Assembly: GCF_037042905.1 (NCBI RefSeq) | Contig: NC_087263.1 | Span: 15,316,001 to 15,380,000 of the forward strand | DNA: 64,000 bases | Source of the DNA: Lytechinus pictus | Taxonomy: Eukaryota | Reading direction: 5' to 3' | Part shown: positions 51,307 through 64,000 of the stretch, piece by piece | How the letters are laid out: each line of letters opens with the position of its first letter | How positions within the stretch are numbered: the first letter of the stretch is position 1 | Notes under the pieces: generated by a model | What the model was told of the DNA's origin: nothing | The model's database searches: none | Seen by the model: only the letters and a program-made list of their open reading frames with translations | Position numbers and translations under genes: made by a program

Positions 51307-53353
51307 GATCTCTAAAAAGCCGTATAAGTGCTTACAGACTTAAGAAACAATAAAATATGTCCGGTGTTCTTTTTTCGGAGTGGCCGGAAACTTCGTGATG
51401 TGCAGGTTATGACTCGATCGGTCTTTAAATCGGGGGGACACGAGTTCAAATTACATCTGCGAAGCCACTTATATCACCGAGCTCTTCCAGTGTTTTTTTT
51501 TTACCCCAGGTAAAGAAAAATGGCTATTTGCGTTAGGATTATCTTGAATACACAGGCGTCACCATGTTGCTTTTGAACCATGAGAACGATAGTGGAGTAA
51601 TAATGTCCAGAATCGAACAGTATCATTGTTAGCTTCAATCGTCGCCGAGCTGAAAAGTAATTATCAATTTTGATCGTTATCTTGCTCTCCCGAATCGGAA
51701 GTACGAAGTAGTAGACCTTTACTATAAAAATCTGTACTAAAGATCAGTCATTCCGCTAGCTATACAATTAATATTAGGATCGTAAGAAACATCTCAGACT
51801 CAGATGAATTGATTTCCAAAGAGAAACTTCGAAAAAAATTAATATCAATGATAATATAAATTGCAAGCTCGAATATACAAAGAGAAACATTTGGCGTGGC
51901 TCGCTCTTGATGACGAAAACAGCCTTTTTGAAAAAAATTAGGCTGACATTTCGATTTATTTATAGTAATTGCTTGGTAGTCAATTGCAAGGACAAGTAGA
52001 GATTTCAGTCACACCCTCTCATCCCACACACGCACACTCACAGCACACATGCTTGTTGTTGCGTAATCGGTGTGTGTGTGTGTGACTGGGAGGTTGTTTG
52101 GGTGTGTGTGAGAAAGTGCACGTGGGTGCACACGTGCAAACACGTTTATTTTCTTAAATAATACAATATTCAATCTTAGAAGAGTGGATGACTGAATATA
52201 GCCCATCCGCGACAATAGCTTTGGTATAAGCCTAAGTGATTTTTTGCTATTACAAAGGGCTTCCGAGCATTAGTATTGTTTGTATTGGCGTTCTCAAGTA
52301 CCGGTTAAGTGATATTTTCGCCCCATTGTTTTCATAAACATCGTCTTCGAAAGAGCACATAACTGTTTCATAACATGTTTTATCACTGTTTCGCAACACC
52401 ATATTTACAAATTGGCTCGGTATATTTATCTATTTCTAAAAAGAGAAATCAATTTTAACTCAATTAATAATAAGGTGTTGTATAATTCTTAATTACGTAC
52501 AAGGACTTAAATAATTCTTAATTTTAATTAAGAATTCACAAAAGCATTTTGTAATGTGAATTGAAATTCGAGAGTTTCTGAATTTCAGTGGGGGATTAAA
52601 AAAAATCGGTTGGGTGATAAACTCAAAATGATTTTACGTTACCGAAATAAATCATAGTTTCGAAAATTTGAATTTGTCGTCGTTTCATATTGAGCTCGAC
52701 TTGAAAAATACTATGCTTTATTTTATTGACTATTACATTATTAATTCCCTTCATCACCTAGATGCAGACAGATTATTTCTTGCCAATTTACTTTTGATGC
52801 GAATTGCAATATTAAACACAAAACAAAAGCTTATAATAAATATGATTTATACTGAGTGAAATAATATCGCCATTCTCCTGCATGCATACCTTTATAATAC
52901 AGTAGAGAAAAAAGGGTTCATAAGGAAGTATTTATAAATAAATAAACATAAAATTTGTATTTTTACATGAACATTCGTAATAAAACAGAAAATTGACATA
53001 TTTACAGGAAGTCAAACACTGACACATATAGACAATTAATATTTACGAGTATGTATACGTGCATAGGATGAAGAACGTTTTTGTGTAATAAAATTAACAT
53101 TAAAATGACGAAAGAATGACGTCACGTTAACTTTAGGTCGTCTCCTACCCCAACCCCCCAAAAAATATAATATCGAAATGATATTCGTCTCTGTATTCGT
53201 TCATCTCCCTCAACTCTAGTTTTTCGCTTATACCCTTCCCGCCTATACGACACACATTCTCTTTTCTTGTCCATTGCCCCCCCCCCCAAAAAAAAAAACC
53301 CTGCAAGGTGACTCTCTCTCTCTCCCTTATCCACTTCCCCTATCCACCCCATT

Positions 53354-54511
53354 CAGTGGCGTACTTACGGGGGGCACTCCCCCATCGCCTGGCCAACCCC
53401 CCCCCCAAAAAAAAAAAAAACAGGGGAAATTAGAAAAAGAGGGAGTAAGAAAGAAAAACTTACTGGGGAAGAAGAAGAAGAAATTATTGTATATTATATT
53501 CATTTATGTTCATTACTTCTGGTGATTGCATTGTATGTTTAATGATATAAATAACCCTGTTCAAGGGGATCAATATTGGTACTGAAACATCCCGTGTCAA
53601 TTCAATATACACCAAATATATTTTTCCTCGCACTTCGTGCTATTATTACTATTATTATGTGTTGTGACATATGCTTCTTTTTCATGACTACTTAAAGGGA
53701 CTGCTCCCTTTTAAGGTCTGAATATAAAACAATTCCAGTCCGTGCTTATACGTTCACATGAGGGGATTGGTAATATATGTCTGCTCTTCATGAACTTTTA
53801 AACACAGTCTTTAATTGAAATGTCATTTTTCTGGTATGAATATAACAAAATATTCAGCACGCGCTTAGCGCTCGCATTGATTTGGTTAGTGAAATACGTT
53901 TGGTCTTAATGAACTTCTATAAACAAACCTTAGAATGCCCCTCTCCAGGTCTGGATATAAAAAAAATTCAGCTCGCGCTTCGCGCTCGCATTTCATTAGT
54001 GAGTCTTTGAGATACGCATCGTGCTTATGATTACAATGACTACAATAGTGCCACATGTGTAATTCTAAAAAAAAAAATCAGCACACGCTTGGCGCTCGTA
54101 TTAAATGTTTTAGATGACTAAAAGTGAGATATGTATGCTCTTCATGAATTCCTTTTAAAAAAGAGTCCTTAAATTTTTTTTCTGTTTGGGGGTCACTATA
54201 TATACAAAATTTCAGCTCGCGCTTCGCGCTCGCATTGTTTTAGTAAAACAGGTAGAACCTACGTATCATGATTACCAAAATGTATTTAAAATAATATTCC
54301 TTTTTAGGTTTGAATATAAAAAAAATCAGCTCGCACTTCGCACTCGCTTTATGCGTTCCGAGTAAGATACATATTCTTTTTGACATAGTCGTTAGTATGT
54401 GTCTATTAGGTAAGTGTACCTGGTTGAGCGCGCTTTGCGCGCCCGAAAAGTGACTCAACATTTTTCCTGGTGCCCCTTCCCCCCCATGCCGCGACCCATG
54501 GTACGCCTCTG
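53354..54511 (-). mobile_element. hAT-like element related to 25310-27366, opposite orientation
   Basis: CAGTGGCGTAC ... GTACGCCTCTG termini; GCTCGCGCTTCGCGCTCGCATT subrepeats; no clean TSD. Confidence 0.7.
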
Positions 54512-54544
54512 CTCATTTATGAATATTTCGGGATCATTAATTTT

Positions 54545-54849
<305 letters not shown>

Positions 54850-55059
54850 CGTGAGGTAGTTGTGTTTTTTTCGAGCTCCGGTTTTTCTGGTTTTTCACTG
54901 ATTTATATGACCATTTGGTCCTTGATTTTTGTACCATTACAATTGTGTTGGGTTATAGATTGATATAGTCTCGATCCTCCTTCGTCAGGTTTACCAATTT
55001 TAGTGTTTTTTAAACACATTTTCTGTTATTTTTTGTAAGGTTTCTAGACTGGTTCGTAC

Positions 55060-56604
55060 ATGGCCAGTCAAGAAAACCAACGTAGTGTACAGGGCCAGCG
55101 TACCACAAGTGCAGATGGCCTTTTGTTAAACAATGTAGGACATTTTAAAAATGTCACCCGTCACAATGGTGTAAGCTTTCAAGCTATTGAAAATGTAACG
55201 ATACAATCTTATATCAATGTCTTTACTACAACTATACCCGCTAATGACGTAATATCTGCCTCTCGCATCTCTAATGGTCGCATAGCTGTGTATCTAAAAT
55301 CAAAAGAAGCTGTTATCAATGCTGTACAAAAAGGCCTTGAGTATGAGGGGGCCTTTCTTGAACTAACCCCCCTTGTACGGCCCACTACTCGAGTCATTTT
55401 ATCTAATGTATACCCAGAACTACCGAATTCTGTCTTGACTGAAAATCTAGCACCTTTTTGCAAAGTTGTGTCCGACTGCAAACCAATACCTCTAGGATTT
55501 AAAGACAAACGTCTAAACCATATTATGAGTTTTAGAAGGCACGTTCAAGTGTTAGTGAAACCTAACACAACACTTCCAGATAACATTAATTTCGTGTTTT
55601 CAGGTATGAACTATCGTGTTTTTATTTCAACTGAGTCAGTCAGATGTTTTAACTGTGGTGAATTTGGTCATATTTCCCGCAATTGTAAGAAACCTCAAAC
55701 AAGCACAAATACTAATCAGTCAAAGACAAACGCTGCCCCAGTTTCAAATGACACGAGAGTGCGCCAGCGCGGATCCTCCCCGCCCCTCACTACGGTTTCG
55801 GACCCCATGCCACCATCACCTCCCCCCTTGGCGGCAACTACAATGCCCCCACCTGTACCCACCTCCTCTGATTTCCCTAGTTTACCACCTCGTGATTGTG
55901 GGCCCCTTTCTACCTCAGCCACCCCCTCGCGCATCAGGAAGCCTCAATCCTCCCCACTGCACATACCTCTGACATCACCTGCTCAGCCGTCCAGCAATTC
56001 AACTACCACGCCCATAGTCGTGTCCTCCAAGTCCCCTCCCCCCAAATCTATTTCTGCGTGCCCTTCGCCTGTGTGGAAAACTCCCCCATCACCTGTCCGA
56101 ACTTTCTCTGAAGTTGTTTCAAAACGTAAGCAACTAACACCCGAATCAAACGAAAACAATACTACTCTTACTACACTGAAGGCCCCCTCTCCTCTTCGGA
56201 AAGTGGCCAGGAAAGCTCCCTCCTCCCAAACCGAAACCGTAGACTCTCCAACCTTAACGCAAGTCCTTGACTCCCAAACCCCCAATATCCCTCCTACCCC
56301 ATCCTCCACAGTTGGAGATTCATCTACCGACACTGACTCCATGACTTGGGAAGATGCCCAAACGGATGAAGATGTCCCGAAGGAAGATGCACTCCCATTG
56401 ACTCAAGGCCCCCTCTCCCAAGGCCAAATTGTGAAATTTCTGTCAAACGTAAAAGGGCGGAAAAAGCCTGCCCAGATTGCACGGAAATATACATCAAATA
56501 TTCCAGGGCTAGTTAAACAATTAAAGCCCCTGAAAAACAGCCCCCTAGTAAAACGTAACATGCAGCAGAGGATATACAAATTGATCAGCACTCTGGAGAG
56601 CTAA
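55060..56604 (+). CDS. Retrotransposon ORF1 (nucleic-acid-binding gag-like protein, CCHC zinc knuckle), 514 aa
   Basis: TRHNGV, ASRISNGRIAVYL, VILSNVYPEL, HIMSFRRHV motifs typical of Tx1/L1-group ORF1; knuckle CFNCGEFGHISRNC; Pro/Ser/Thr-rich linker. Confidence 0.92.
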   Translation: MASQENQRSVQGQRTTSADGLLLNNVGHFKNVTRHNGVSFQAIENVTIQSYINVFTTTIPANDVISASRISNGRIAVYLKSKEAVINAVQKGLEYEGAFLELTPLVRPTTRVILSNVYPELPNSVLTENLAPFCKVVSDCKPIPLGFKDKRLNHIMSFRRHVQVLVKPNTTLPDNINFVFSGMNYRVFISTESVRCFNCGEFGHISRNCKKPQTSTNTNQSKTNAAPVSNDTRVRQRGSSPPLTTVSDPMPPSPPPLAATTMPPPVPTSSDFPSLPPRDCGPLSTSATPSRIRKPQSSPLHIPLTSPAQPSSNSTTTPIVVSSKSPPPKSISACPSPVWKTPPSPVRTFSEVVSKRKQLTPESNENNTTLTTLKAPSPLRKVARKAPSSQTETVDSPTLTQVLDSQTPNIPPTPSSTVGDSSTDTDSMTWEDAQTDEDVPKEDALPLTQGPLSQGQIVKFLSNVKGRKKPAQIARKYTSNIPGLVKQLKPLKNSPLVKRNMQQRIYKLISTLES

Positions 56605-56658
56605 TTCCTTTTTACCTTCTCTCCATTCATTACGTACGCTCAAGTTGCTATAGCCATA

Positions 56659-59600
56659 ATGGCACTGTCAATGCTGACCCTCAACACCGGAGGATGCTCC
56701 TCCCAAACTCAAAATGCCTCCTTCCGAGTTTATGTTGAGCAAATTGCATGCAACCCGCTCGTTGTATTTTTACAGGAAACTTACCACCTTAAAGATAGCA
56801 ATCCTTGCTGGAGCAACTGGTCGCATAAACCTTTTTGCTCACCCGGTATTACTCGAGGGTCAGGAGTGACAACTTTGGTTAATAATTCTCAAGTCGATAT
56901 TTTATCTACTTGTATTGTTTTTGATGGCTATATATTGTATAACAAGCTCTCCCATAATAACTGTATTTATCATGTATACAACACACTCATTCCTCAATCT
57001 GATGAAATGGCAATTAAAGCTATTAATGCCCTTAATTGTCATATATCCACCTGTTGCGAAGATAATATTGTGATTGTGGGTGATTTTAATTGCACTGAAA
57101 ATCCTGCGATTGATCGTTTGTGCACGCTCACAGAACGCAGACCTAAACTTGTTACGGCTTTGCAAAATGTTCTGAATAAATCTTCTCTTTGTGATGCATG
57201 GCGTTTTCTAAATCCAAATGAAAAGAAATTCACCTGGCAACGGCACAATCCAGCCAGTGCACAGGGCTTTTCAAAGTCTAGATTAGATCGATTTTATGTA
57301 CCATCGTGTCTAGTTTCTTCTATTCATAAGTGTGAAATTATACCTTGTTCCTTATCTGACCACTCTGCAGTTTCTCTAACCTTGAAATTTCCAATACGAG
57401 CTAAAGGAAAAAGTGCATATTGGATTTTTAATAACACTCTTTTGGAAGACGAAAGTTACATTGATATTATTCGTCTTTTTTGGTCAGATTGGCAAAAAGA
57501 AAAAAATGACTTCCCGAATCTTGCATCTTGGTGGGATTTCGGCAAGGTTCATATAAAATCAATTACTCAAATGTATAGCAAAAAAATAGTACAAAGGAAA
57601 AGGCAAGCTCTAATAGAAATTAACAAAGAGATTGATAAACTTCAGAGCGCAAAAGAATCTAGCCAACAAGATAAATATACTCTCGACGAGCATAGAAATG
57701 CATTAAACTCGTTACTGAAAAATGAAGCACGCGGAGCTCTTGTGAGGTCTCGCTTTAAATACACAAATGAAACAGACTCATGCTCCAATTTTTTCTTCAA
57801 CTTAGAAAAAAAGAATTCCTTATCAAAAAGTATATCCCGCATTCGGCTCGCTTCGGGACGTATTTCGGAGAACCCTTCTGAGATAAAAAATCATGTTCGG
57901 GAATTTTATGAATCTCTTTACACTCGAAAGCCAACTGACAAGAGCGCCATCAATAGTTTACTTGTAAATATCAAGACGCTTGATCCGTCCTTATCAAAGG
58001 ACCTTGAGAATCCAATATCTGTAGAAGAACTTGATAACGCTGTCAAGCAGCTAGGCAAAAATAAGTCTCCTGGTATCGATGGACTTACCTCTGAATTTTA
58101 TCATGTCTTTTGGCCCATGCTCAAAGATGATTTTCTCGAAGTTCTTACCTCCTCTCTTGAATCTGGATTTTTACCATACTCTTTTAGGAGGGCGGTCATT
58201 ACTTTACTCCCCAAAAAAGGAGACCTCGCTGATATTTCAAATTGGCGTCCCGTCTCCCTCCTCAACACAGACTATAAAATTTTTGCTAGGCTGCTTGCCA
58301 GTAGGCTAAAATCATGCATTGACCATGTTATTGGAAGAGACCAAAGTTATTGTATCCCCGGTCGTTCTATTTATGACAACATTAATCTCATTAGAGATAT
58401 TTTGTTCTATGCAAACACTGATAATATTTCTTTGGCTGTATTGAACTTGGACCAGAAAAAGGCATTTGATAATGTAGATCATGTTTATTTATTCAATGTT
58501 ATGAAACGCATGGGCTTTGGAAGTCATTTTATATCTTATATACAAATTCTGTATGAAGGGGCTGAAAGCCTTATTAAAGTGTGTGGATCCCTGACAGCTC
58601 CCTTCCCCTTTGAGAAAGGAATACGACAGGGATGCCCTCTATCAGGGTTGCTATATACTCTCGCCATTGAGCCTCTCCTGAACTCACTAAGAGAGAACGT
58701 GTCAAATCATGCATTAAATATCCCTGCTATTAACAAACGTTGTGTAGTATCTGCATATGCAGACGATGTATCGATATTTGTTACAGCCGATGCTGGCTTT
58801 GAATTAGTTGAACAAACTTACAATATGTTTAGTCTGGCCTCTGCTGCATGTTTAAATACAAAAAAATCACAAGGCCTTTGGGTCGGCCGTTGGAAAGGGC
58901 GGAATGATAAACCCCTCAATTTTTCTTGGAATAGTGAAGGTCTCCCTTTTTTAGGAGTTCATTTAGGGAACACCTTTAATTATTCTAAACAAAACTGGAT
59001 TAAATGTAAAGAAAGACTTAATAAGACTTTCATTTCGTGGTCTCGTTTATCGAACTCACTCTCATTTAAAGGCAAGGTATTGATTGCAAACCAGCTCGCT
59101 GCATCAAAAATATTTCATGTTCTTGCAGTTCTTTCTCCTCCTGAAAATGTATTAAACGAACTTCAGAATTTAATTGTGAATTTTATCTGGTCAAATAAGC
59201 GGCACTGGTTAAAGAAAGAAGTGTTGTATGAAAAACCTGACGAAGGAGGGCTGGGGCTAGCTTGTCTCCAAGCTCGTGTTCTAACTTACAGATTTTCGAT
59301 TATTCAACGGTTTCTTTCGTTAAATTCTCATCCAGTAAATGACTTTATGGCTCATTTTCTGAGACAGTATTGTAAATTAGGATTTGATTACCATTTGTTC
59401 TTTACAAGAATTGATCCTAAGTTTTACACAAGTCTTCCAGTTTACTATAGTGAAGTTCTGCGAGCTTGGTTGACATCTGGAGCTCGAATTGTGACACAAT
59501 CCCTCTCTTTCAGCCATGCAATTAACATGCCCTTAAGTAGTTTTCATATTATTGATGCAATTGATGTTGATAATTTTTTTCCGACGCGCCTGATGGCATG

Positions 59601-60516
59601 CGGAGTGAAACTAGTTCGCCATTTGATAAACCACTCAACCGGTCTTTGGATTGAGAGTAGCTGTCTCCAAAAGAACTTTCCAAGAGGACTTCGACAACCA
59701 TCATCGCGTCTCGTCGAACGTGAAACATTACTCATTCGAACTGCACTCTCTAAAGTTTTTCCTACATATTTTAATGACTCAGGCTGTCAACACGAATACT
59801 CTGATTTATTGTCTGTTCCAGTAACTCCGATCAACTTCACTCTGGCTTCTTCCGAAAATGGACTTACTGCTTCTTCTAAAGCCATCTACACAATCTACAG
59901 GAAAGAACTAGATAACACGACAATCTCATCAAGCTCACATTGGCATGATACTGGATTTCTCGATCCATCTACAAAAGTGAACTGGCTATCTATCTATCAA
60001 CTACCAACACCTAAAAAAGAGGCTGATATTCAATACAAACTCCTTCACAATATTTTACCGTCGCTCACTGTACTCCATCATCTTAATACAGACATTTCTT
60101 CTTTTTGCGGATGGTGCGGAGAAGCAGGAACCATTCAACATCTGTTCATCGAATGTAAAGGAATTCAACCCCCTCTCAATCTTCTTCATAGACTGTTGAA
60201 CAATCTCCTCCCCTCTCTCAAACTTAATTTTGACCTGTACTGGGCACTCATTCCGCATGCCAGAGGGCGTGACAGAAAGATTATCCGCCTTGCTAATTTC
60301 CTTATTATTAGTTTAAAAAGTACAATTTATTTTATGTACCGTACCTCAAATTTCACCGATCCACTTATAATTTGGTTACATCGTCTCAAAAACAGAATAC
60401 TCTATGAATTTACTTATTACAAACTATGTTCTAATATTGATGCTTTTTCACGTAAATGGTGTATGAATAGATTACTTTTTACAATTAACGAGGGCAGCAT
60501 TGCATGGCTCATTTAA
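56659..60516 (+). CDS. Retrotransposon ORF2: apurinic-like endonuclease + reverse transcriptase + C-terminal zinc finger, 1285 aa
   Basis: APE motifs LNTGG, FLQET, GDFN, SRLDRF, SDH; RT motifs KSPGIDG, NWRPVSLLNTDYK, LDQKKAFDNVDH, GIRQGCPLS, AYADD, FLGV; CGWC..TIQHLFIEC. Confidence 0.97.
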   Translation: MALSMLTLNTGGCSSQTQNASFRVYVEQIACNPLVVFLQETYHLKDSNPCWSNWSHKPFCSPGITRGSGVTTLVNNSQVDILSTCIVFDGYILYNKLSHNNCIYHVYNTLIPQSDEMAIKAINALNCHISTCCEDNIVIVGDFNCTENPAIDRLCTLTERRPKLVTALQNVLNKSSLCDAWRFLNPNEKKFTWQRHNPASAQGFSKSRLDRFYVPSCLVSSIHKCEIIPCSLSDHSAVSLTLKFPIRAKGKSAYWIFNNTLLEDESYIDIIRLFWSDWQKEKNDFPNLASWWDFGKVHIKSITQMYSKKIVQRKRQALIEINKEIDKLQSAKESSQQDKYTLDEHRNALNSLLKNEARGALVRSRFKYTNETDSCSNFFFNLEKKNSLSKSISRIRLASGRISENPSEIKNHVREFYESLYTRKPTDKSAINSLLVNIKTLDPSLSKDLENPISVEELDNAVKQLGKNKSPGIDGLTSEFYHVFWPMLKDDFLEVLTSSLESGFLPYSFRRAVITLLPKKGDLADISNWRPVSLLNTDYKIFARLLASRLKSCIDHVIGRDQSYCIPGRSIYDNINLIRDILFYANTDNISLAVLNLDQKKAFDNVDHVYLFNVMKRMGFGSHFISYIQILYEGAESLIKVCGSLTAPFPFEKGIRQGCPLSGLLYTLAIEPLLNSLRENVSNHALNIPAINKRCVVSAYADDVSIFVTADAGFELVEQTYNMFSLASAACLNTKKSQGLWVGRWKGRNDKPLNFSWNSEGLPFLGVHLGNTFNYSKQNWIKCKERLNKTFISWSRLSNSLSFKGKVLIANQLAASKIFHVLAVLSPPENVLNELQNLIVNFIWSNKRHWLKKEVLYEKPDEGGLGLACLQARVLTYRFSIIQRFLSLNSHPVNDFMAHFLRQYCKLGFDYHLFFTRIDPKFYTSLPVYYSEVLRAWLTSGARIVTQSLSFSHAINMPLSSFHIIDAIDVDNFFPTRLMACGVKLVRHLINHSTGLWIESSCLQKNFPRGLRQPSSRLVERETLLIRTALSKVFPTYFNDSGCQHEYSDLLSVPVTPINFTLASSENGLTASSKAIYTIYRKELDNTTISSSSHWHDTGFLDPSTKVNWLSIYQLPTPKKEADIQYKLLHNILPSLTVLHHLNTDISSFCGWCGEAGTIQHLFIECKGIQPPLNLLHRLLNNLLPSLKLNFDLYWALIPHARGRDRKIIRLANFLIISLKSTIYFMYRTSNFTDPLIIWLHRLKNRILYEFTYYKLCSNIDAFSRKWCMNRLLFTINEGSIAWLI

Positions 60517-60653
60517 ACATTTGATTTTATAACTCTGTGCTTGTAATCAACCTGATCTCATTTGAATGTTTATGTCAAACTATTCTTTTATTATATACCT
60601 GACTTTTGTGATTATAATTTGTAAATAAAGTTTTCATTTGAAAAGTCAAAAAG

Positions 60654-60952
<299 letters not shown>

Positions 60953-61764
60953 GGCCAGTAGATTTGTCAGTTGGATTGTGTCGATTTGTGGTTAGGACGT
61001 GTCTATGGCTGCTCTAAACATGTTGCAGTTGTAACGGATCCAAGGCCAACCGGCGCCCGCGAATTCAAAACAAAAGATTCTCACAGACAGTCATACTCAC
61101 AGCTCAGAAAGACTCCTTTATATTTCCTGAACGCTATGGTAAGACATGTATTTTCAATTTTTGTAATTGAATGTAAGAATAGATGATAATGAGAATCATT
61201 GTGTACTGCTTGGCTGTTTACTACTGCTCTAGATTATAGATAGTGACTCGTTTACTTTATTGTGGCACTGCACCGGCCGGTTGACGATTCTCTGTAACGC
61301 AGGTCCCAGCTGGCCCAGGCCAAGGAGCTCCGACCCGCTTCGCAGGCCGGAGCTCCCTGCTCGGCCGTGGGGTAGATTCTCGGCAGCCAGGAAGGTTATG
61401 TCCGCCGGCCGTGGCGGCGCGGCAGGACCAGACATACAATACCGTATTTAGAAACCTAACGAATGTTAATTTGAACGCACTCACACATATTGCGAGGTTA
61501 TACTAACCTCGCAGTCGCACCATGAACCGCGTTGGGCAGTGTATTTCTAATAAATAAATAAATGGGTCGCGCATGCTGGGATCCCAGATTCCCACTTCTG
61601 GTGTCACGTGTCCACATCATCACATCACATCAGGTATGGAAATGAAGGACTTCTCCTGTAGGTTTTCCGATCTTAACTTCTGGTAATTGACGATTATCTA
61701 GACAGTTTAAACTTGTGAGACTTTACGTGCGTTGAGAAATGGAGGTTTTAAATCTTTCCCCCCT

Positions 61765-61995
61765 CCAAAATTTATCCAACAGATGTTTAATTAAACATTT
61801 CCACTGATTTTGCTTCCACTACTTCTGTAGGCAGTTTGTTCCAGTCAGAAATTACTCTTTGACTATACAATTTGCTCCTAAGTTCCAACCGAGATTGTCC
61901 TGTGAAGAGCTTGAACTTGTGACCTCTAGTTGCTGAATGGATTGCTGGTGTGAAAAAAGTGTCACTCGAGATCCCAAATTTTCCATTTAACACAC
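61765..61995 (-). mobile_element. CR1-type LINE ORF2 C-terminal fragment
   Basis: TRGHKFKL...SRLELRSKLYSQRVISDWNKLPTEVVEAKSVEMF matches the CR1 C-terminal pattern TRGH..KL / FS.RV...WN.LP..VV.A.S..F. Confidence 0.75.
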
Positions 61996-63799
61996 GACTT
62001 CTATCTACATGGTTTGTATGGCTTGATTTTTCTTAACCTCGAGCGATGTTCGTGCAGGCTCCACTTCACTACCGCAACGTCGCTACACTGTCTACGCTCC
62101 ACCTACCCGAACATCGAGACTACTGCTGCCACCAAACGGATATCCGAACGGTTTCCGCCCGCGTGGACGGAAAACGGTTTTCATTTTTCGGGTTCGGGTA
62201 TCCGTGGACACTGATTCACCACTTTCCTGTCACAAAAACTCATTAAATTTAGTAAAACTCACCAACAAAATTTATAAGTTTTAGTGGCCAATATAATCAC
62301 CAATGTCAATTAATCTTTTTCGGTAATATATTCCCGCCGAAAACCATCGTTTTTATATCAGTTTTGGAGCATGACCGTCTTTGAATGGAGTAAAGTTCTG
62401 TTCTTACAACGATGGCGATTTTACTACGGTGTCGCTTAAGATCGTTTTTCTTTCCCATCTTATGTTTTGATGATTTCAAATGCGTAACTCATCGTATATT
62501 TTCTTACCTCGACTTTCAATGCGAGTGAAGAATGAAGATAATTTGAAACCATTTAAGCGTCAAATAAATGTTGATCGGGTTACTCAGGTGTGTCATGTTG
62601 TTTCTTGTAATTTATTCATCAAATGCAAAATGAATTCTACTTTCTCACAGCAACTTTGGTTACCAATGAAGATGATTATATTTAATATATAAATTACAAA
62701 ACACACATTTTCCTTTATTTCAGTTTAAATGGCATATCCGCTATAAATTTTGATATCCATCATCACGTAAACAACAATACTTAAAAGGCGGTATCGTGCC
62801 AGAAAGGTTTATGATGTGCGCCCGCCGAGTATGTGGTCGGTTGTGAATCGACGTGTTTTGCAGTAAAACTTACTGGTGATGAATGTAAGTGATTAGTTAC
62901 TGTTACTGTGATTAAATCTTGTCTTGAATCTTTGTTAGAAGTGTGATTATGTTTCAGAAGTTGAGAAATGAGAAGCTTGGCTATAATTTGGGGAATGGGG
63001 AGAAACCCGACATGAAAATGAAAATATTCCAAGTACGATCCCATTTGAAGGTGCAGCGAGTGTAATGTGACCAAATATATATCGGACGATTCACTCCAGA
63101 GTCCAGACATGTCCAGACAGGACAGCACTTGCGTGAGCTGAATGATGTAGGCCTGTCTGGTTTTAGACTTTTAGTAATAGTAGACTCGCACTTACACTCG
63201 CCTCGGTCAAATTCATTGCATCTTATTTCATTCGATCGGAACTAAAAAATAAACACACATACTCTCGCAACCATTAAATGGGATCGTAACTAGGCCCGAC
63301 TTGTATAACTCAAATAATAGTCATTTACTAATAGCTTACACAGTCATACGATCTACATTTGTAGCCGTAGCCTCACGCTAACTCACATTTAGTCAAATCT
63401 GATTGCAAAACAGATTCAACCCAAAATATTCAGCTTCTCGTAATTTTGTGGTTTTCAGAAATATTTTAATTAGCGCACGCTGACTTTCGCCATCATCGGA
63501 TAGGTTCAAAACTCAAATATAACTGAAAATCTTAAATATAACTCAAATAAGTGCAAATGGATATTATTTTTATATTTTAGGGTAAAATTTCGGATACCCG
63601 TCCGCCGTCCGGTTTTCAGTGTCGGGTATCCGAATATTGAAATATCCGTTTCAAGTCAGGCCTACATGTAATCGAGACGGTGAACCAGTTCGGATATACC
63701 GAGTCACAAAGGTGGGATGGAAATCATGTTTATCGTAAAAATTAAAGAAAAAAATATAACGAGAAAGATGAATAACTTAATATCTTACTCTACACCCGT

Positions 63800-64000
63800 A
63801 TTTCACTCCGTTTCCATCCTCCGGTTATCCTCAAAATTGGTGATTTCGGGCCAATATCTTTTTCCTCACACGTATTGATTATTCACGGCTGATTTCAAAA
63901 CATCGCATGCAATCGGGCCTTGAATAATACATGTGAAGAAAAAGATACTGGCCCAAAATCACAAATTTTGAGGATAACCGGAGGATGGAAACAGAGTGAA
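63800..64000. repeat. Hairpin/MITE running off the window end
   Basis: TTCACTCCGTTTCCATCCTCCGGTTATCCTCAAAAT..GGGCCAATATCTTTT is mirrored by AAAAGATACTGGCCC..ATTTTGAGGATAACCGGAGGATGGAAACAGAGTGAA. Confidence 0.85.

Larger units (their letters stand above)
54850..60653 (+). mobile_element. Full-length intact Tx1-clade (L1 group) non-LTR retrotransposon inserted in (TTTC)n
   Basis: ~210-bp 5'UTR, ORF1, 54-bp spacer, ORF2, ~140-bp 3'UTR ending AATAAAG..AAAAGTCAAAAAG directly into (TCTT)n; TTTC arrays on both sides in the same orientation. Confidence 0.93.

Noticed and set aside
54852..54872. TGAGGTAGTTGTG resembles the let-7 5' end
   Set aside because: The match is limited to 9 nt, there is no precursor hairpin, and it is simply the 5' end of the retrotransposon.
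62781..63128. 115-aa minus-strand ORF between CGGATACCCG-type motifs
   Set aside because: No recognisable domain; possibly the interior of a decayed DNA transposon, but ends and TSD could not be established.

Overview
Eukaryotic (animal) genomic DNA that is AT-rich, intron-rich and repeat-dense. The SINE/MITE repertoire and gene types suggest a marine invertebrate, probably a sea urchin (inference). Spliced host genes were reconstructed by hand from GT-AG sites and reading-frame phase. (1) A 4-exon galactose-3-O-sulfotransferase-like gene (+, 24813-33435) whose last exon carries two adjacent in-frame stops. (2) A complete 10-exon SLC22 organic-ion transporter (-, 44282-34310, about 541 aa), tail-to-tail with it. 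(3) A 2-exon divergent rhodopsin-class, chemoreceptor-like GPCR (-, 51306-49549). (4) The probable first exons of an unidentified minus-strand gene (about 14.2-15.4 kb) that runs off the left edge. The most striking element is a full-length, intact Tx1-clade non-LTR retrotransposon (about 54850-60653; zinc-knuckle ORF1 plus APE-RT-CCHC ORF2). It sits inside a (TTTC)n microsatellite and has no poly(A) tail, so it is a candidate tetranucleotide-microsatellite-targeting element related to Kibi/Koshi. The rest is a mosaic of often nested non-autonomous DNA transposons with readable target-site duplications (hAT-like 8 bp, Kolobok-like TTAA, Academ-like 3 bp and 9 bp, Tc1-like TA), tRNA-derived SINEs, LINE 3' fragments and hairpins.
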